A stretch of 39,911 bases of DNA from NCBI GenBank assembly GCA_949297565.1, contig CASFUI010000088.1:1-39911 (forward strand), given 5' to 3'. The stretch is from an uncultured Eubacteriales bacterium (GTDB taxonomy: Bacteria > Bacillota > Clostridia > Lachnospirales > Lachnospiraceae). Below are positions 9,719-19,164 of this stretch, one piece after another (the first letter of the stretch is position 1; each line of letters opens with the position of its first letter). Under the pieces are notes generated by a model. That model was not told the DNA's origin. It did not search any database and worked only from the letters and a program-made list of their open reading frames with translations. A program made the position numbers and the translations under genes.

Positions 9719-11352
9719 TAGATAAATTCCTCCTTATCATCTACTTCTATATCCATATTTACAAGCTCCCTTATATCGGTAAAGCGGTTCTGAAAATCCT
9801 CCTCATCCGAAAGCTTTGTAACTATAATATTCACACTTATACCGGTTCTTTCCTCTATAATATCCGAAAGCCGCCGCTTATCCTCGTCACGCGAAATTGT
9901 ATTATAAACGGACGGAGATTTGACCATAATCTCAAGACTTGCACCGTCACTTCCAAGCGTCACGTTGCACTGCCTTAAACATACGGCAAGCATCTGGTCA
10001 TCGACAGTATTCACAATGCTGTTCCACTGTGAGGCAATCTGTCTTACATCATCCGGCAGCGCTTCAATAACGCGCTTTGGGGCAGGCTTTGAAGCTTCCC
10101 CGACGTCTGATGACGAACTTGACGGCTGACCTTGTATTCCGGCTGCACCGGCTGTAAAAGCGCCTTCCTTAAGCTTCTGCTGTGTTTTTTCAAGCTGATT
10201 TTCAAGCAGCGAAATCCTGCCCTCCAGCTCTGCGAGCTCCCCGCCCCGCTCCATAGACGGTCTGCACAGCTTAATAATCGCAACTTCAAGCTTAATACGC
10301 TTCTGTACCGCAAATTTTAAATCGTTTGACAAATCCGAAAGCACTCTTATATATCGCATCAGAGTGTTCTCATCTACAAGCTTAGCCTCCTCGATAAGCT
10401 GCTTTAAACTCTCATCGGAGACATCTATTATATCCATAAGTTTTGATGTGTCATCCGTTGTCTTAACAAGCAGAATATTTCTCAGATACCATATGAAGTC
10501 GCTCACAAACTGTCCAAGCTCACGCCCCTGCATTATAAGTCTCTCCACAAGACTCATACAGCCAGCGGCATCTCCGTCTGTTATAAGCGACAGCATATTT
10601 TCAAATACAGTTGTATCAACGGCTCCAAGCACCTCGAGAACATTTTCGTACTTCAGATCCTGTCCGAGATAAAACGCGATACACTGGTCAATAAGGCTCA
10701 GCGCGTCTCGCATAGAGCCGTCCGCCGCCTTTGCAATGTATCTTACCGCCCTGTCCTCGACATTGATTTTTTCAGCCTCCATAAGCTGTGTAAGCCTATC
10801 GGAAATTGTATCTATCGAAATTCTGTGAAAATCGTATCTCTGACATCTCGACAATATCGTTATGGGAATCTTGTGCGCCTCCGTCGTAGCCAGTATAAAT
10901 ATGACATATGCCGGCGGCTCCTCCAATGTCTTTAAAAGCGCATTGAACGCCCCGATAGAGAGCATGTGAACCTCATCTATAATATATACCTTATAGCGTC
11001 CCTCAGTCGGAGAATACTGAACCTCCTCGCGTATTTCACGGATATTATCCACTCCGTTGTTGGACGCCGCGTCAATCTCTATAACATTCATTGAAGTTCC
11101 CGCTGCGATAGCCCTGCATACAGGACATTCCCCGCAGGGATTTCCGTCAACAGGATGCTCACAGTTTACAGCCTTCGCAAATATTTTAGCGATTGTCGTC
11201 TTTCCCGTACCCCTTGTTCCGCAAAACAGGTACGCGTGCCCCACTCTGTCCAGTTTAATCTGATTGCGCAGAGTTGTCACTATATGATCCTGTCCTTTGA
11301 CATCAGAAAAACTGGTCGGTCTCCATTTTCTGTATAACGCTTGATATGACAC
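9718..11352 (-). CDS. dnaX: DNA polymerase III subunit gamma/tau
   Basis: [41 protein letters not shown] motif. GTG start at 11352 with AAGGAGG RBS. Confidence 0.97.
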   Translation of the reverse strand: MSYQALYRKWRPTSFSDVKGQDHIVTTLRNQIKLDRVGHAYLFCGTRGTGKTTIAKIFAKAVNCEHPVDGNPCGECPVCRAIAAGTSMNVIEIDAASNNGVDNIREIREEVQYSPTEGRYKVYIIDEVHMLSIGAFNALLKTLEEPPAYVIFILATTEAHKIPITILSRCQRYDFHRISIDTISDRLTQLMEAEKINVEDRAVRYIAKAADGSMRDALSLIDQCIAFYLGQDLKYENVLEVLGAVDTTVFENMLSLITDGDAAGCMSLVERLIMQGRELGQFVSDFIWYLRNILLVKTTDDTSKLMDIIDVSDESLKQLIEEAKLVDENTLMRYIRVLSDLSNDLKFAVQKRIKLEVAIIKLCRPSMERGGELAELEGRISLLENQLEKTQQKLKEGAFTAGAAGIQGQPSSSSSDVGEASKPAPKRVIEALPDDVRQIASQWNSIVNTVDDQMLAVCLRQCNVTLGSDGASLEIMVKSPSVYNTISRDEDKRRLSDIIEERTGISVNIIVTKLSDEEDFQNRFTDIRELVNMDIEVDDKEEFI

Positions 11353-11444
11353 CGGAAACCTCCTTAAATATATCACAGCCCAGCCATGCCACACTTTCAC
11401 AAATATAATGACACAACCGAACATCTGCCTGAAAACATTATAAA

Positions 11445-11709
11445 ACCGCGCGTCCGGCTTCGAACAAATGTCCACAGACGTTACCGATACAGTTAGCTCG
11501 ATTCAGGCGCCCTTCCGGCACACGAAAGCTTTCGCTTAATGCTGCTTCATTCCTGACCTGACATGGTTCACGAATTTTCGTTGCGGAAGACCCAAATGTC
11601 ATCACCACTTTTATCGGGCTGCTCCATAAACTATTGCCCTCTGCCAAACATCACCCCTGCTATAGCGGATTGCAGGTACAAGGTGCCGCTACTACCCCGG
11701 CTGCGCGGT
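11445..11709 (-). ncRNA. ffs: Large bacterial SRP RNA (scRNA, with Alu domain)
   Basis: Conserved helix-8 core GAACCAUGUCAGGUCAGGAAUGAAGCAGCAU, paired 5' and 3' ends (ACCGCGC...GCGCGGU), about 265 nt, upstream of dnaX as in other Firmicutes. Confidence 0.93.
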
Positions 11710-11716
11710 AAGTTTA

Positions 11717-11745
11717 ATTATATCCGCTAATGCGCCGGCTGTCAA
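11717..11745 (-). promoter_or_regulatory. Consensus sigma-A promoter of the SRP RNA
   Basis: TTGACA (11745-11740), 17-bp spacer, TATAAT (11722-11717), 7 nt before the RNA 5' end. Confidence 0.9.
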
Positions 11746-11836
11746 GGTTTCAAAAAGCGGCTGAACGTGTTAATCTTGTATTATTCCTGCGTTTAGTATA
11801 CAATTATCTTATTCTTTTTTTCTTACTACGAAGGAA

Positions 11837-12349
11837 ATGAGGACATATATGAGACAGGTAGATACAAATCCGGTTACGACCGAACAGACTGATGCAGATA
11901 TAAAATATATGAAAGCTGCAGTCGCTCAGGCTAAAAAGGCATATAAATTAAACGAAGTGCCGATAGGCTGCGTAATCGTTCATGAAGGCAGAATTATAGG
12001 GAGAGGCTATAACAGGCGCAACACAGACAAGACAGCCCTCGGTCACGCAGAAATTACAGCCATTAAAAAGGCGTGCAAAATTATCGGCGACTGGCGCCTT
12101 GAGGATTGTACAATCTACATTACACTTGAGCCGTGCCAGATGTGCGCCGGAGCCATCGTACAGTCGAGAATCCCCCGTGTCGTTATAGGCTCTATGAATC
12201 CCAAAGCCGGGTGCGCCGGCTCAATATTAAATATACTTGAAATGCCTCGGTTTAATCACGTATGCAGTGTCACACGCGGAGTACTTGGCGATGTGTGCAG
12301 CAAAATGCTTTCAGATTTTTTCAGAGAGCTGAGAAACAGTAAAAAATAA
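11837..12349 (+). CDS. tadA: tRNA adenosine(34) deaminase
   Basis: EVPIGCVIV, HAE and TLEPCQMCAGA zinc motifs; adjacent to the SRP RNA. The true start may be the ATG at 11849. Confidence 0.93.
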   Translation: MRTYMRQVDTNPVTTEQTDADIKYMKAAVAQAKKAYKLNEVPIGCVIVHEGRIIGRGYNRRNTDKTALGHAEITAIKKACKIIGDWRLEDCTIYITLEPCQMCAGAIVQSRIPRVVIGSMNPKAGCAGSILNILEMPRFNHVCSVTRGVLGDVCSKMLSDFFRELRNSKK

Positions 12350-12383
12350 ACTTGCAGAAAAATATGCAGATAAGGGTATTATA

Positions 12384-12923
12384 ATGAAATTTGAATATCA
12401 TTCCGACAGCCTCGCCCTCAAGGTGCTGGATACAAGCCATACCGGCGAGGTCCTTGATTTTTATAAGAGAAATAAAGAATCCTTTGAGAAATATGAGACG
12501 GACAAGCCGTCAAATTTTTACACCTATACATTTATATATAATCTTCTGAAAGCCGAATATTCATCCTGCCTGCACGGAAAACATATCAGATTTTTTCTGT
12601 ATGATTACAGCGTATCGGATAAAATTATAGGCAGCGTGTCTTTCACTGATATTAAAACTAATATGAAAAGCTGTATTATAGGCTATAAAATTGACGAGGC
12701 TTTCAGACATATGGGATATGGCAGGAGAATGCTTACCTTGTCTCTGAAAATTATGGTTACCGAATGCGGAATGCACCGCATAGAGGCTTACATTCTCCCT
12801 GACAACACCCCGTCAATACAGCTCGCTAAGACAATGGGTTTTCTGAGCGAGGGTACAGCCTACGCCTATGCGAAAATAAACAACAACTGGCGCGACCATC
12901 TTCGCTTCACATATATATCATAA
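12384..12923 (+). CDS. GNAT N-acetyltransferase, RimJ/RimL family
   Basis: IGYKID...GYG acetyl-CoA motif, HRIEAYILPDNTPSIQLA..GF..EG, INNNWRDH. Confidence 0.85.
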   Translation: MKFEYHSDSLALKVLDTSHTGEVLDFYKRNKESFEKYETDKPSNFYTYTFIYNLLKAEYSSCLHGKHIRFFLYDYSVSDKIIGSVSFTDIKTNMKSCIIGYKIDEAFRHMGYGRRMLTLSLKIMVTECGMHRIEAYILPDNTPSIQLAKTMGFLSEGTAYAYAKINNNWRDHLRFTYIS

Positions 12924-12959
12924 TAATTTTTTAATCTATTCCTCTGCCCTGAAGCCATG

Positions 12960-14111
12960 CTAGAATTCCTGATACCAATATCCAAAATAAGGATTGGCAA
13001 AATCGCTTCTGTGGCTCTTCTTAAAATTGTCAAAGCCGAACATAGAGGCCATAAACCGCTCTCTGTTGCAGTACATTCCCGGAACTCCGATAAAATACTT
13101 CGTATGATTTTCATTTTCACGCACTTTTCCGAACAGAAGATGCTTAAAATTATAAAATCCATGTATGAGAAAGCTGTTATTTACAATAACCTCATCCTCT
13201 ATAGGCAGCGTCTTGAGTATTTCAGGCGTGACCTCAATACAGTCGTAATAATAATCATCATCAAAAGCGTTTATAAAATCTGCGTTTTCAAACAGCCTTT
13301 CTATCAAATCAGAACTCATGTCTGTATCTGTTCCGCTCTTGTCATATCCGCAATTTTCTTTATTCTGATATGTCTGTTCAGGCTCTTTTTCAGCCACAGC
13401 CGCACATTCCGCCGCCATAACCTGTGCGCCGGACTCTTCACGTGCCTCATTCTCCCCCTGCTCCTTAGGAATGGCTTCCGACTTCGCTGCGTCCGATGAT
13501 GTACTTCCTGCATCTCCCTGCTCATCTGATATATTACGCTCCGACTCCTCACCTTGTTTGCCGGAAGCAGCTTCTGAGCTCTCTGCCGTATTTTGTCCGC
13601 CGGACGGCACATCTGTGTCAGCTGTGTCAACAGTCTCTATATCCTGACTTTGCTGAGGCTCATGAGTTTCCTTTTCGGGCTCGCTCCTTTTATACCCTTT
13701 TGGAAGAAATACAACTCTGTCAGATTTTACCTCATCATCATCCCACATACTGAAAAGCATATAAAATCTGTCGTCCGACTTTGCCGCCGCAATCCCGCAA
13801 ATATCATAAAATGTATATCCTGAGGATTCGATATTGTCCGGATTATAAATTCCGTTAAACATTCCAAGCCCCGACTTTACAAGAACATTTCCGACAGGGA
13901 GCAGGCTGTATTTTCCCGGAGACGCTGAGTCCTTTTCAACCATAAAAAATATGTCCATATACTCTGGCGTGTCCGTATATACTCCTCTCAGCGATACCTG
14001 AAGCATAAACTTTCCGCCGCGTACCTCAGCCTTTGCAAAGCCTACATTCTTTTCCCTTACACCTCCCGGATACGCATAAATGTATGATACCAGTCTCTTA
14101 TATTCATTCAT
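12960..14111 (-). CDS. Conserved clostridial protein (DUF6128-like) with acidic linker
   Basis: N-terminal YKRLVSYIYAY...KNVGFAK and C-terminal NNSFLIHGFYNFKHLL...GVPG...FGYW domains joined by an E/Q/S-rich linker. Family name from recall. Confidence 0.65.
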   Translation of the reverse strand: MNEYKRLVSYIYAYPGGVREKNVGFAKAEVRGGKFMLQVSLRGVYTDTPEYMDIFFMVEKDSASPGKYSLLPVGNVLVKSGLGMFNGIYNPDNIESSGYTFYDICGIAAAKSDDRFYMLFSMWDDDEVKSDRVVFLPKGYKRSEPEKETHEPQQSQDIETVDTADTDVPSGGQNTAESSEAASGKQGEESERNISDEQGDAGSTSSDAAKSEAIPKEQGENEAREESGAQVMAAECAAVAEKEPEQTYQNKENCGYDKSGTDTDMSSDLIERLFENADFINAFDDDYYYDCIEVTPEILKTLPIEDEVIVNNSFLIHGFYNFKHLLFGKVRENENHTKYFIGVPGMYCNRERFMASMFGFDNFKKSHRSDFANPYFGYWYQEF

Positions 14112-14261
14112 TAAAACAAGCCTTCCTTTCAGCTAACATGCCCACTGCAAGATTATGCCGAAAGGGAGGCAAATATTACACACATATATAACAGATTGAA
14201 TTTCTTAATATAAATACCTGCCGTTCAAAAACTGCTGCGCGATTTTTGACCTTTGCCGTAG

Positions 14262-14750
14262 TTAATTGTACAGTCTGCTTTCCACCAGCCTGTCCTTGTC
14301 ATATTCCAGTTTAAGCGAGAAAAACTCTCTGTCTTCCCTCAGCAGACGCAGAAAAATCCTGTCTCCCTCCCAGAGATTTAATTTTTCAATCTCATCAAAC
14401 GGCACCCACTCAAGAACACCCTCTGAACATTCGGGCAGATTTTCAGAATCTCCCTCAAAGCCGTCAACCGTGAACAAATGCATATATTCACAGCCCCAAT
14501 CCTTTAAGATAAAAGTCACAATTCCGCGAAAACGAAATGACGTAACCTTAAGCCCCGTCTCCTCCTCAACCTCGCGTATCATACATTCCTCCGGGCTTTC
14601 TCCCTCGATAAAATGTCCTCCCACGCCAATCCATTTTCCCTTATTGGCGTCGTTTTTCTTGGATATGCGGTGCATCATAAGATACCTTCCGTCCTTCTCG
14701 ATATAACAAAGTGTTGTAAGATTGCTTGACTCCCTTATCGTCTCTTTCAT
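14262..14750 (-). CDS. NUDIX hydrolase (8-oxo-dGTP diphosphatase, MutT/MutX-like)
   Basis: Nudix box GGHFIEGESPEECMIREVEEETGL; ECSEGVLEWV, LWEGD. Confidence 0.88.
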   Translation of the reverse strand: MKETIRESSNLTTLCYIEKDGRYLMMHRISKKNDANKGKWIGVGGHFIEGESPEECMIREVEEETGLKVTSFRFRGIVTFILKDWGCEYMHLFTVDGFEGDSENLPECSEGVLEWVPFDEIEKLNLWEGDRIFLRLLREDREFFSLKLEYDKDRLVESRLYN

Positions 14751-14822
14751 AAATTATCCTCATTTCTGTGCTGTCTTCTGCACATATCAGGCTTGCGGCA
14801 CAAGCCGCCCCTCTGCGCTCCG

Positions 14823-15707
14823 TCACGATTTCAGAGCGTTGACAAGCTTGGCAAACTGCTCAAGCGTGAGAGCCTCGCCTCTCACCGCAGGCGGAAGTCC
14901 GCACTTTTCAAGCGCAGCGGCGAGCTGTTCTTTAGATATTCCAAGCTCTGTACATCCGCACACGCTGTTAGTCATAGTTTTTCTTCTCTGATTAAATGAA
15001 GCTCGAATAATTCCAAACATGAGCTTTTCATCACAGACCTGCACCGGCGGTTTTTCATAACGTGAAAGTCTTATTACTGCCGAATCCACATTCGGACGCG
15101 GCATAAAACAGCTTGCCGGAACAGTGAGCACAACCTGTGGCTTTGCGTAATACTGCACAGCGAGAGAAAGCGCGCCGTAATCCTTGGTTCCGGGACCAAC
15201 CTGCATCCTGTCGGCAACCTCTTTCTGCACCATAACGGTAACGCTTGAGAGAGGCACACCGCTCTCAAAAAGCCCCATTATAATAGGAGTTGTTATATAA
15301 TACGGCAGATTTGCCACAACCTTAATAGGTCTGCCACTGTTTCTCTCCTCAGCCAGCTTCGCGATGTCAAGCTTGAGCACATCCTCATTTATTACTGTGA
15401 CATTGTCATAAAATTTTAGAGTATCATTCTCAAGAATGGGTATGAGCTTCTTATCAATCTCGACCGCTACAACTTCCCGTGCCTCCTCACACAAAATCTG
15501 TGTCATTGTGCCTATGCCAGGACCTATTTCAAGTACAAAATCATCAGCCGTAACTCCCGCCTCCCGGACAATTTTGCGCACAATATTCTCATCAATCAAA
15601 AAATTCTGACCATATTTCTTCTGGAAAGAAAATCCGTACTTTTGAAGCACTTCTATCGTATTGGTAGGATTTCCAAGATGCTTTACATTTTCAAACCTCT
15701 GTGCCAT
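14823..15707 (-). CDS. rsmA: 16S rRNA adenine dimethyltransferase RsmA/KsgA
   Basis: KKYGQNFLID, VLEIGPGIG, VVANLPYYITTP, PRPNVDSAV, FNQRRKT. Confidence 0.97.
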   Translation of the reverse strand: MAQRFENVKHLGNPTNTIEVLQKYGFSFQKKYGQNFLIDENIVRKIVREAGVTADDFVLEIGPGIGTMTQILCEEAREVVAVEIDKKLIPILENDTLKFYDNVTVINEDVLKLDIAKLAEERNSGRPIKVVANLPYYITTPIIMGLFESGVPLSSVTVMVQKEVADRMQVGPGTKDYGALSLAVQYYAKPQVVLTVPASCFMPRPNVDSAVIRLSRYEKPPVQVCDEKLMFGIIRASFNQRRKTMTNSVCGCTELGISKEQLAAALEKCGLPPAVRGEALTLEQFAKLVNALKS

Positions 15708-15786
15708 TCCTGCTGCTCCTCATTACTTTTAATTATGTTTAAATAATTTTTATCCGTCTATAAATTTAGTGTTAATTTTCTGCTCT

Positions 15787-16581
15787 CTATTTGCCAAAAA
15801 ACAGCTTCCTTGCGTTTGCATTAGCTGTGTCAATAACCTCCTGAGCAGATACACCCTTAATTTGTGCTATTTTTTCAGCGACAAACGCAATATTCCTGCT
15901 GTCATTTCTCGTGCCGCGGTGCGGCTCAGGCGCCATATACGGACTGTCGGTCTCCAGCAGAATTCTTGAAAGCGGCACTGCCTCAACTGTTTCAACAAGC
16001 TTTCTGGCGTTTTTAAACGTGACAACTCCTCCTACTCCAATAAAAAAGCCCATATCAAGGAACTGCTCTGCCGCCTCTTTAGTATACGAATAACAGTGAA
16101 TAACGCCGCCCGTCTCATCAGCCCGCTCCCGTTTCATGCACTCTAAGGTGTCCGCACATGCCTCTCTTGAGTGTATAATTACGGGCTTTTTCACTTCACG
16201 TGCCGCCTGAAGCTGCTGCCTGAACCAATTTTTCTGAACTTCCTTCTCCGGCTCCGGATAATGATAATCAAGCCCGATTTCACCTACTGCAACTATCTTT
16301 TTATTATCAGAAGCCTGTTTTACAATCCAATCTATATCCTGCCTTGTAAGAGAATCGACCTCCTCCGGATGAACACCGACAGCAGCATACACTCTCTCAT
16401 ACCTGTCCGCAAGCTCAAGAGATTTTTTGCACCCCTCAAGGCTTGCCCCAACATTTATAATATAGTCAAGCGCACCCTCCGGCGACAGCATTCCCTCAAG
16501 CAGCTCATCTCTGTCCTGCGAAAATGCTTCGTCGTCATAATGCGCATGTGTCTCAAATATCTTCAAGTCCAAATCCTCCAT
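15787..16581 (-). CDS. tatD: TatD family deoxyribonuclease
   Basis: ETHAH, GVHP, GEIGLDYH, IIHSREA, LLETDSPY. Confidence 0.93.
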   Translation of the reverse strand: MEDLDLKIFETHAHYDDEAFSQDRDELLEGMLSPEGALDYIINVGASLEGCKKSLELADRYERVYAAVGVHPEEVDSLTRQDIDWIVKQASDNKKIVAVGEIGLDYHYPEPEKEVQKNWFRQQLQAAREVKKPVIIHSREACADTLECMKRERADETGGVIHCYSYTKEAAEQFLDMGFFIGVGGVVTFKNARKLVETVEAVPLSRILLETDSPYMAPEPHRGTRNDSRNIAFVAEKIAQIKGVSAQEVIDTANANARKLFFGK

Positions 16582-16635
16582 AGTCCTGCTGATTTCAAGC
16601 GCTCTAATTTTTGCGGTGAACGCAAAAATTAATGC

Positions 16636-16672
16636 ACAGGTATAATGTGCACTCTGTGCACATTATACCTGT
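16636..16672. repeat. Perfect 17-bp inverted repeat containing TATAAT in both arms, overlapping the likely tatD promoter
   Basis: ACAGGTATAATGTGCAC-TCT-GTGCACATTATACCTGT. The minus strand reads TTGCTG-17-TATAAT. Confidence 0.8.
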
Positions 16673-16692
16673 CCGCATGGTTTTCAGCAACC

Positions 16693-16723
16693 AAAAAATC
16701 CGGCAGACCTGCTGCCGGATTTT
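16693..16723 (-). terminator. Intrinsic terminator after the phosphatase gene
   Basis: AAAATCCGGCAG / CTGCCGGATTTT stem ending in a U-run on the minus strand. Confidence 0.75.
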
Positions 16724-16769
16724 ACTCTCAGAACGGATTTCCCCGTACCGCTTATAATTTTCTTTTAAT

Positions 16770-18812
16770 TCAAATTTCCTCTCTGTTCTTATTTACATAA
16801 GCCGCTGATAAAATACCTGCCAGAGAGAGAACAAACGCCGCGAACACAAAAATATTTGCTGATGTGTCACCTGTGTTTGGAGACGCATTTTCGTTGTTTG
16901 TATCATTTGAAACCGTGTCAAAGCTGATATTCAAACCGCTGTCCGTATACACAAGACTGCCCGTAAAGCCTTCAGGTGCGTTTATTTCAATCTCATCAAA
17001 CTGTGATACAACTGACGCACACTTTAAAATTTCCGTATCCGTTTCAGGAATATAGTTGTCAAGATTTAATACAAGCTTTCCTCCAAACGATGCATTTCCC
17101 GAAATATCCACAAAATCGTTTTCATTAGATACTGTAAGCTCAAGAACTCCGTTTTTGCTCTGCGTGTAATCTCCGTTTATCTTTAAAGTATCTTCTGTAT
17201 TCTCTGTAATCGTGCTGTTATTAACAACATTTCCGTTGCCGAATGCTGTTGCATAGTCAGCGCGGATACTTCCCTCTTCAACTGTTGTAGTTCCTGTATA
17301 AGAGTTATTTCCCGACAGTACCAGCATACCGCTTCCTTTCTTTGTGAGTGAGCCGTCGCCTGAAATATCATTTTTCCAGTTATCCGCCGCATTAAAGCCG
17401 CCCTTTGAGGCATCCATATCTGCCGTTACATCTGTTACAAACGCTCCGTAGCCGTTAGCAGCCTCAAAAAGATTAAGTCTGCCCCATCCCTCTGCATCGT
17501 CAAGGACTGAATAACCCGATGAAATTCCTGTTGTGTAAAGCACATACCTTATCTGGTCAGAATCCATATATGGGTATCTCGACTCAAGAAGCGCCTCTGC
17601 GCCCTTAGGAACAACCATTTCCTTTGTTGTATCAGAGCCTTCCTCCTTTAAATTATATGTCATTCTGTAAAGATATGTCGCCTTATCCTGCTGATAAGCT
17701 TCATAGTCGGACTTTTCCTCTACAGTGCTGTCACTGCCGACAAGCTTGTCTCCGGATACCACAGCAGCGGCTTTTACTTCCGCATTGTCGGCATCATATA
17801 AATTAGATGCGGCGATAGCTGTGGATGTCATTCTTCCTCCGATAACATCAAGGCATGAATGCATACCCGCAACAATTCTGTCATATCCGAGCTCACTTGC
17901 ACGGAGCATAAGCTCTGAATACTGCTCAGGCACTGAGTAAGCCATAGCTATGGCTGCAAGATAAGCGGCGTTGGTGTGTCCGCTCGGATAACCGCCGTCA
18001 TTGCTTGGGTCGCTCTTTTCCATAGTCGTGAGAGACGAAAGAATTGTCACCTTTGAAAGGTTCTCGTCCAGTCTTGACCAGCGGAACGGTCTCATATATT
18101 TATAATATTTTTTTGCCGGTGACGTGCTTGCTGCACCGCCTCTCAACGCCGCTACCAGATTAACAATACCTGCATAGTCTCCAGTAGCCGATGCCCACTG
18201 TGAGTCATTATGTACATCCGTATAATTATTGGTCTGAGCATCCTCCGGAACTGCGTCGGACCATATATCCGTATTGTCTCCGAAATCAGCCTCTGTCTTA
18301 CCCGCAGCCTTTGCCTCATTGTACTCGGACGACTTCATAACATAGCTTTGAGCGTTTACGCCCTGTTTAAACTCCTCCGCATACTTGCCAAGTCCTGAAA
18401 TCATGCTGTAATTCTTGTCACGCACATCATCATAAAACGCAAGCACCTGCTGCTCCTGTGATGCGTTGTCTCTAATCTTCGCGGTCTCAGCAATATTCAT
18501 CTCATGCATCGCCTTATTGAGAATTGTGCCGTTGTTCCATTCCGTACCCGGAGTAAAAATTTCAAGCATCTGTGAAAGCACGCCGTTGGCAGGATTTTCA
18601 AGTGTATCCTTTACAGAATCCTCTCCATTTTTCTTATAGTTATCAACATAGTAACCATAGTCCGCCTGCTGCGGCTGAATTGCAGCGTCCTGTGCAAACG
18701 CCGGCATCACCGTTGCGACTGACAATATACCTGCAGTTGCAGCGCACGCAACTCTTTTTGCAATGGCCTTAGCCGGCTTATTTCTTTCCACAAGCTTCTT
18801 TGTTTTTCTCAT
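16770..18812 (-). CDS. Secreted, sortase-anchored PAP2-family acid phosphatase with autotransporter-associated beta-strand repeat
   Basis: Signal peptide ending AFA. PAP2 motifs KKYYKYMRP, YPSGHT and RIVAGMHSCLD. PATR-type repeat GSLTKKGSGMLVLSGNNSYTGTTTVEEG. C-terminal SPNTG followed by a hydrophobic helix and charged tail. Confidence 0.85.
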   Translation of the reverse strand: MRKTKKLVERNKPAKAIAKRVACAATAGILSVATVMPAFAQDAAIQPQQADYGYYVDNYKKNGEDSVKDTLENPANGVLSQMLEIFTPGTEWNNGTILNKAMHEMNIAETAKIRDNASQEQQVLAFYDDVRDKNYSMISGLGKYAEEFKQGVNAQSYVMKSSEYNEAKAAGKTEADFGDNTDIWSDAVPEDAQTNNYTDVHNDSQWASATGDYAGIVNLVAALRGGAASTSPAKKYYKYMRPFRWSRLDENLSKVTILSSLTTMEKSDPSNDGGYPSGHTNAAYLAAIAMAYSVPEQYSELMLRASELGYDRIVAGMHSCLDVIGGRMTSTAIAASNLYDADNAEVKAAAVVSGDKLVGSDSTVEEKSDYEAYQQDKATYLYRMTYNLKEEGSDTTKEMVVPKGAEALLESRYPYMDSDQIRYVLYTTGISSGYSVLDDAEGWGRLNLFEAANGYGAFVTDVTADMDASKGGFNAADNWKNDISGDGSLTKKGSGMLVLSGNNSYTGTTTVEEGSIRADYATAFGNGNVVNNSTITENTEDTLKINGDYTQSKNGVLELTVSNENDFVDISGNASFGGKLVLNLDNYIPETDTEILKCASVVSQFDEIEINAPEGFTGSLVYTDSGLNISFDTVSNDTNNENASPNTGDTSANIFVFAAFVLSLAGILSAAYVNKNREEI

Positions 18813-19050
18813 CCCTATCTTCCTTCCTCAATTTTATATTCATACATATTGTCCGTTTTGCCGTGGCAAAACTTACGAGTCATATAATACACAGAGAATG
18901 TAAAATATAAATTATATTCTGCTGAAGAAGCAATAAAATTTGTGTGAATATTATTTCTATTTTTTTAAAATTATTTCACCCGACGCATCTGTGCGCCTCC
19001 TGCGGAGCATTTTTATTCTATAGGAAGTTCAGAGAACTTTCCTATAGAAT

Positions 19051-19092
19051 AAAAACTGCCATATCGGTTTCTCAGCTCCGATATGACAGTTT
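19051..19092 (-). terminator. Intrinsic terminator after metG (a second hairpin follows at 19010-19055)
   Basis: AAACTGCCATATCGG / CCGATATGACAGTTT stem with U-tail on the minus strand. Confidence 0.65.
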
Positions 19093-19164
19093 AGTAAAAT
19101 ATATTTATTATTTTGATATGTCGTCTGCCGATGACTGCTCATTTTGCGGGGATGCCCCGATTTT

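Noticed and set aside
10181-10200. A6 run in dnaX as a gamma/tau frameshift site
   Set aside because: It reads GAAAAAAC, not the A AAA AAG slippery heptamer or a long A-run, and I see no supporting stimulator.
11353-11647. N-terminal extension of dnaX and the 69-aa ORF at 11438-11647
   Set aside because: Both overlap the SRP RNA; the dnaX RBS and conserved N-terminus point to the GTG at 11352.
19010-19055. Inverted repeat with FRT-like words (TATAGGAA, GAAGTTC)
   Set aside because: The arrangement does not match an FRT site (no 13-bp arms around an 8-bp spacer). It is better explained as a terminator-like hairpin.
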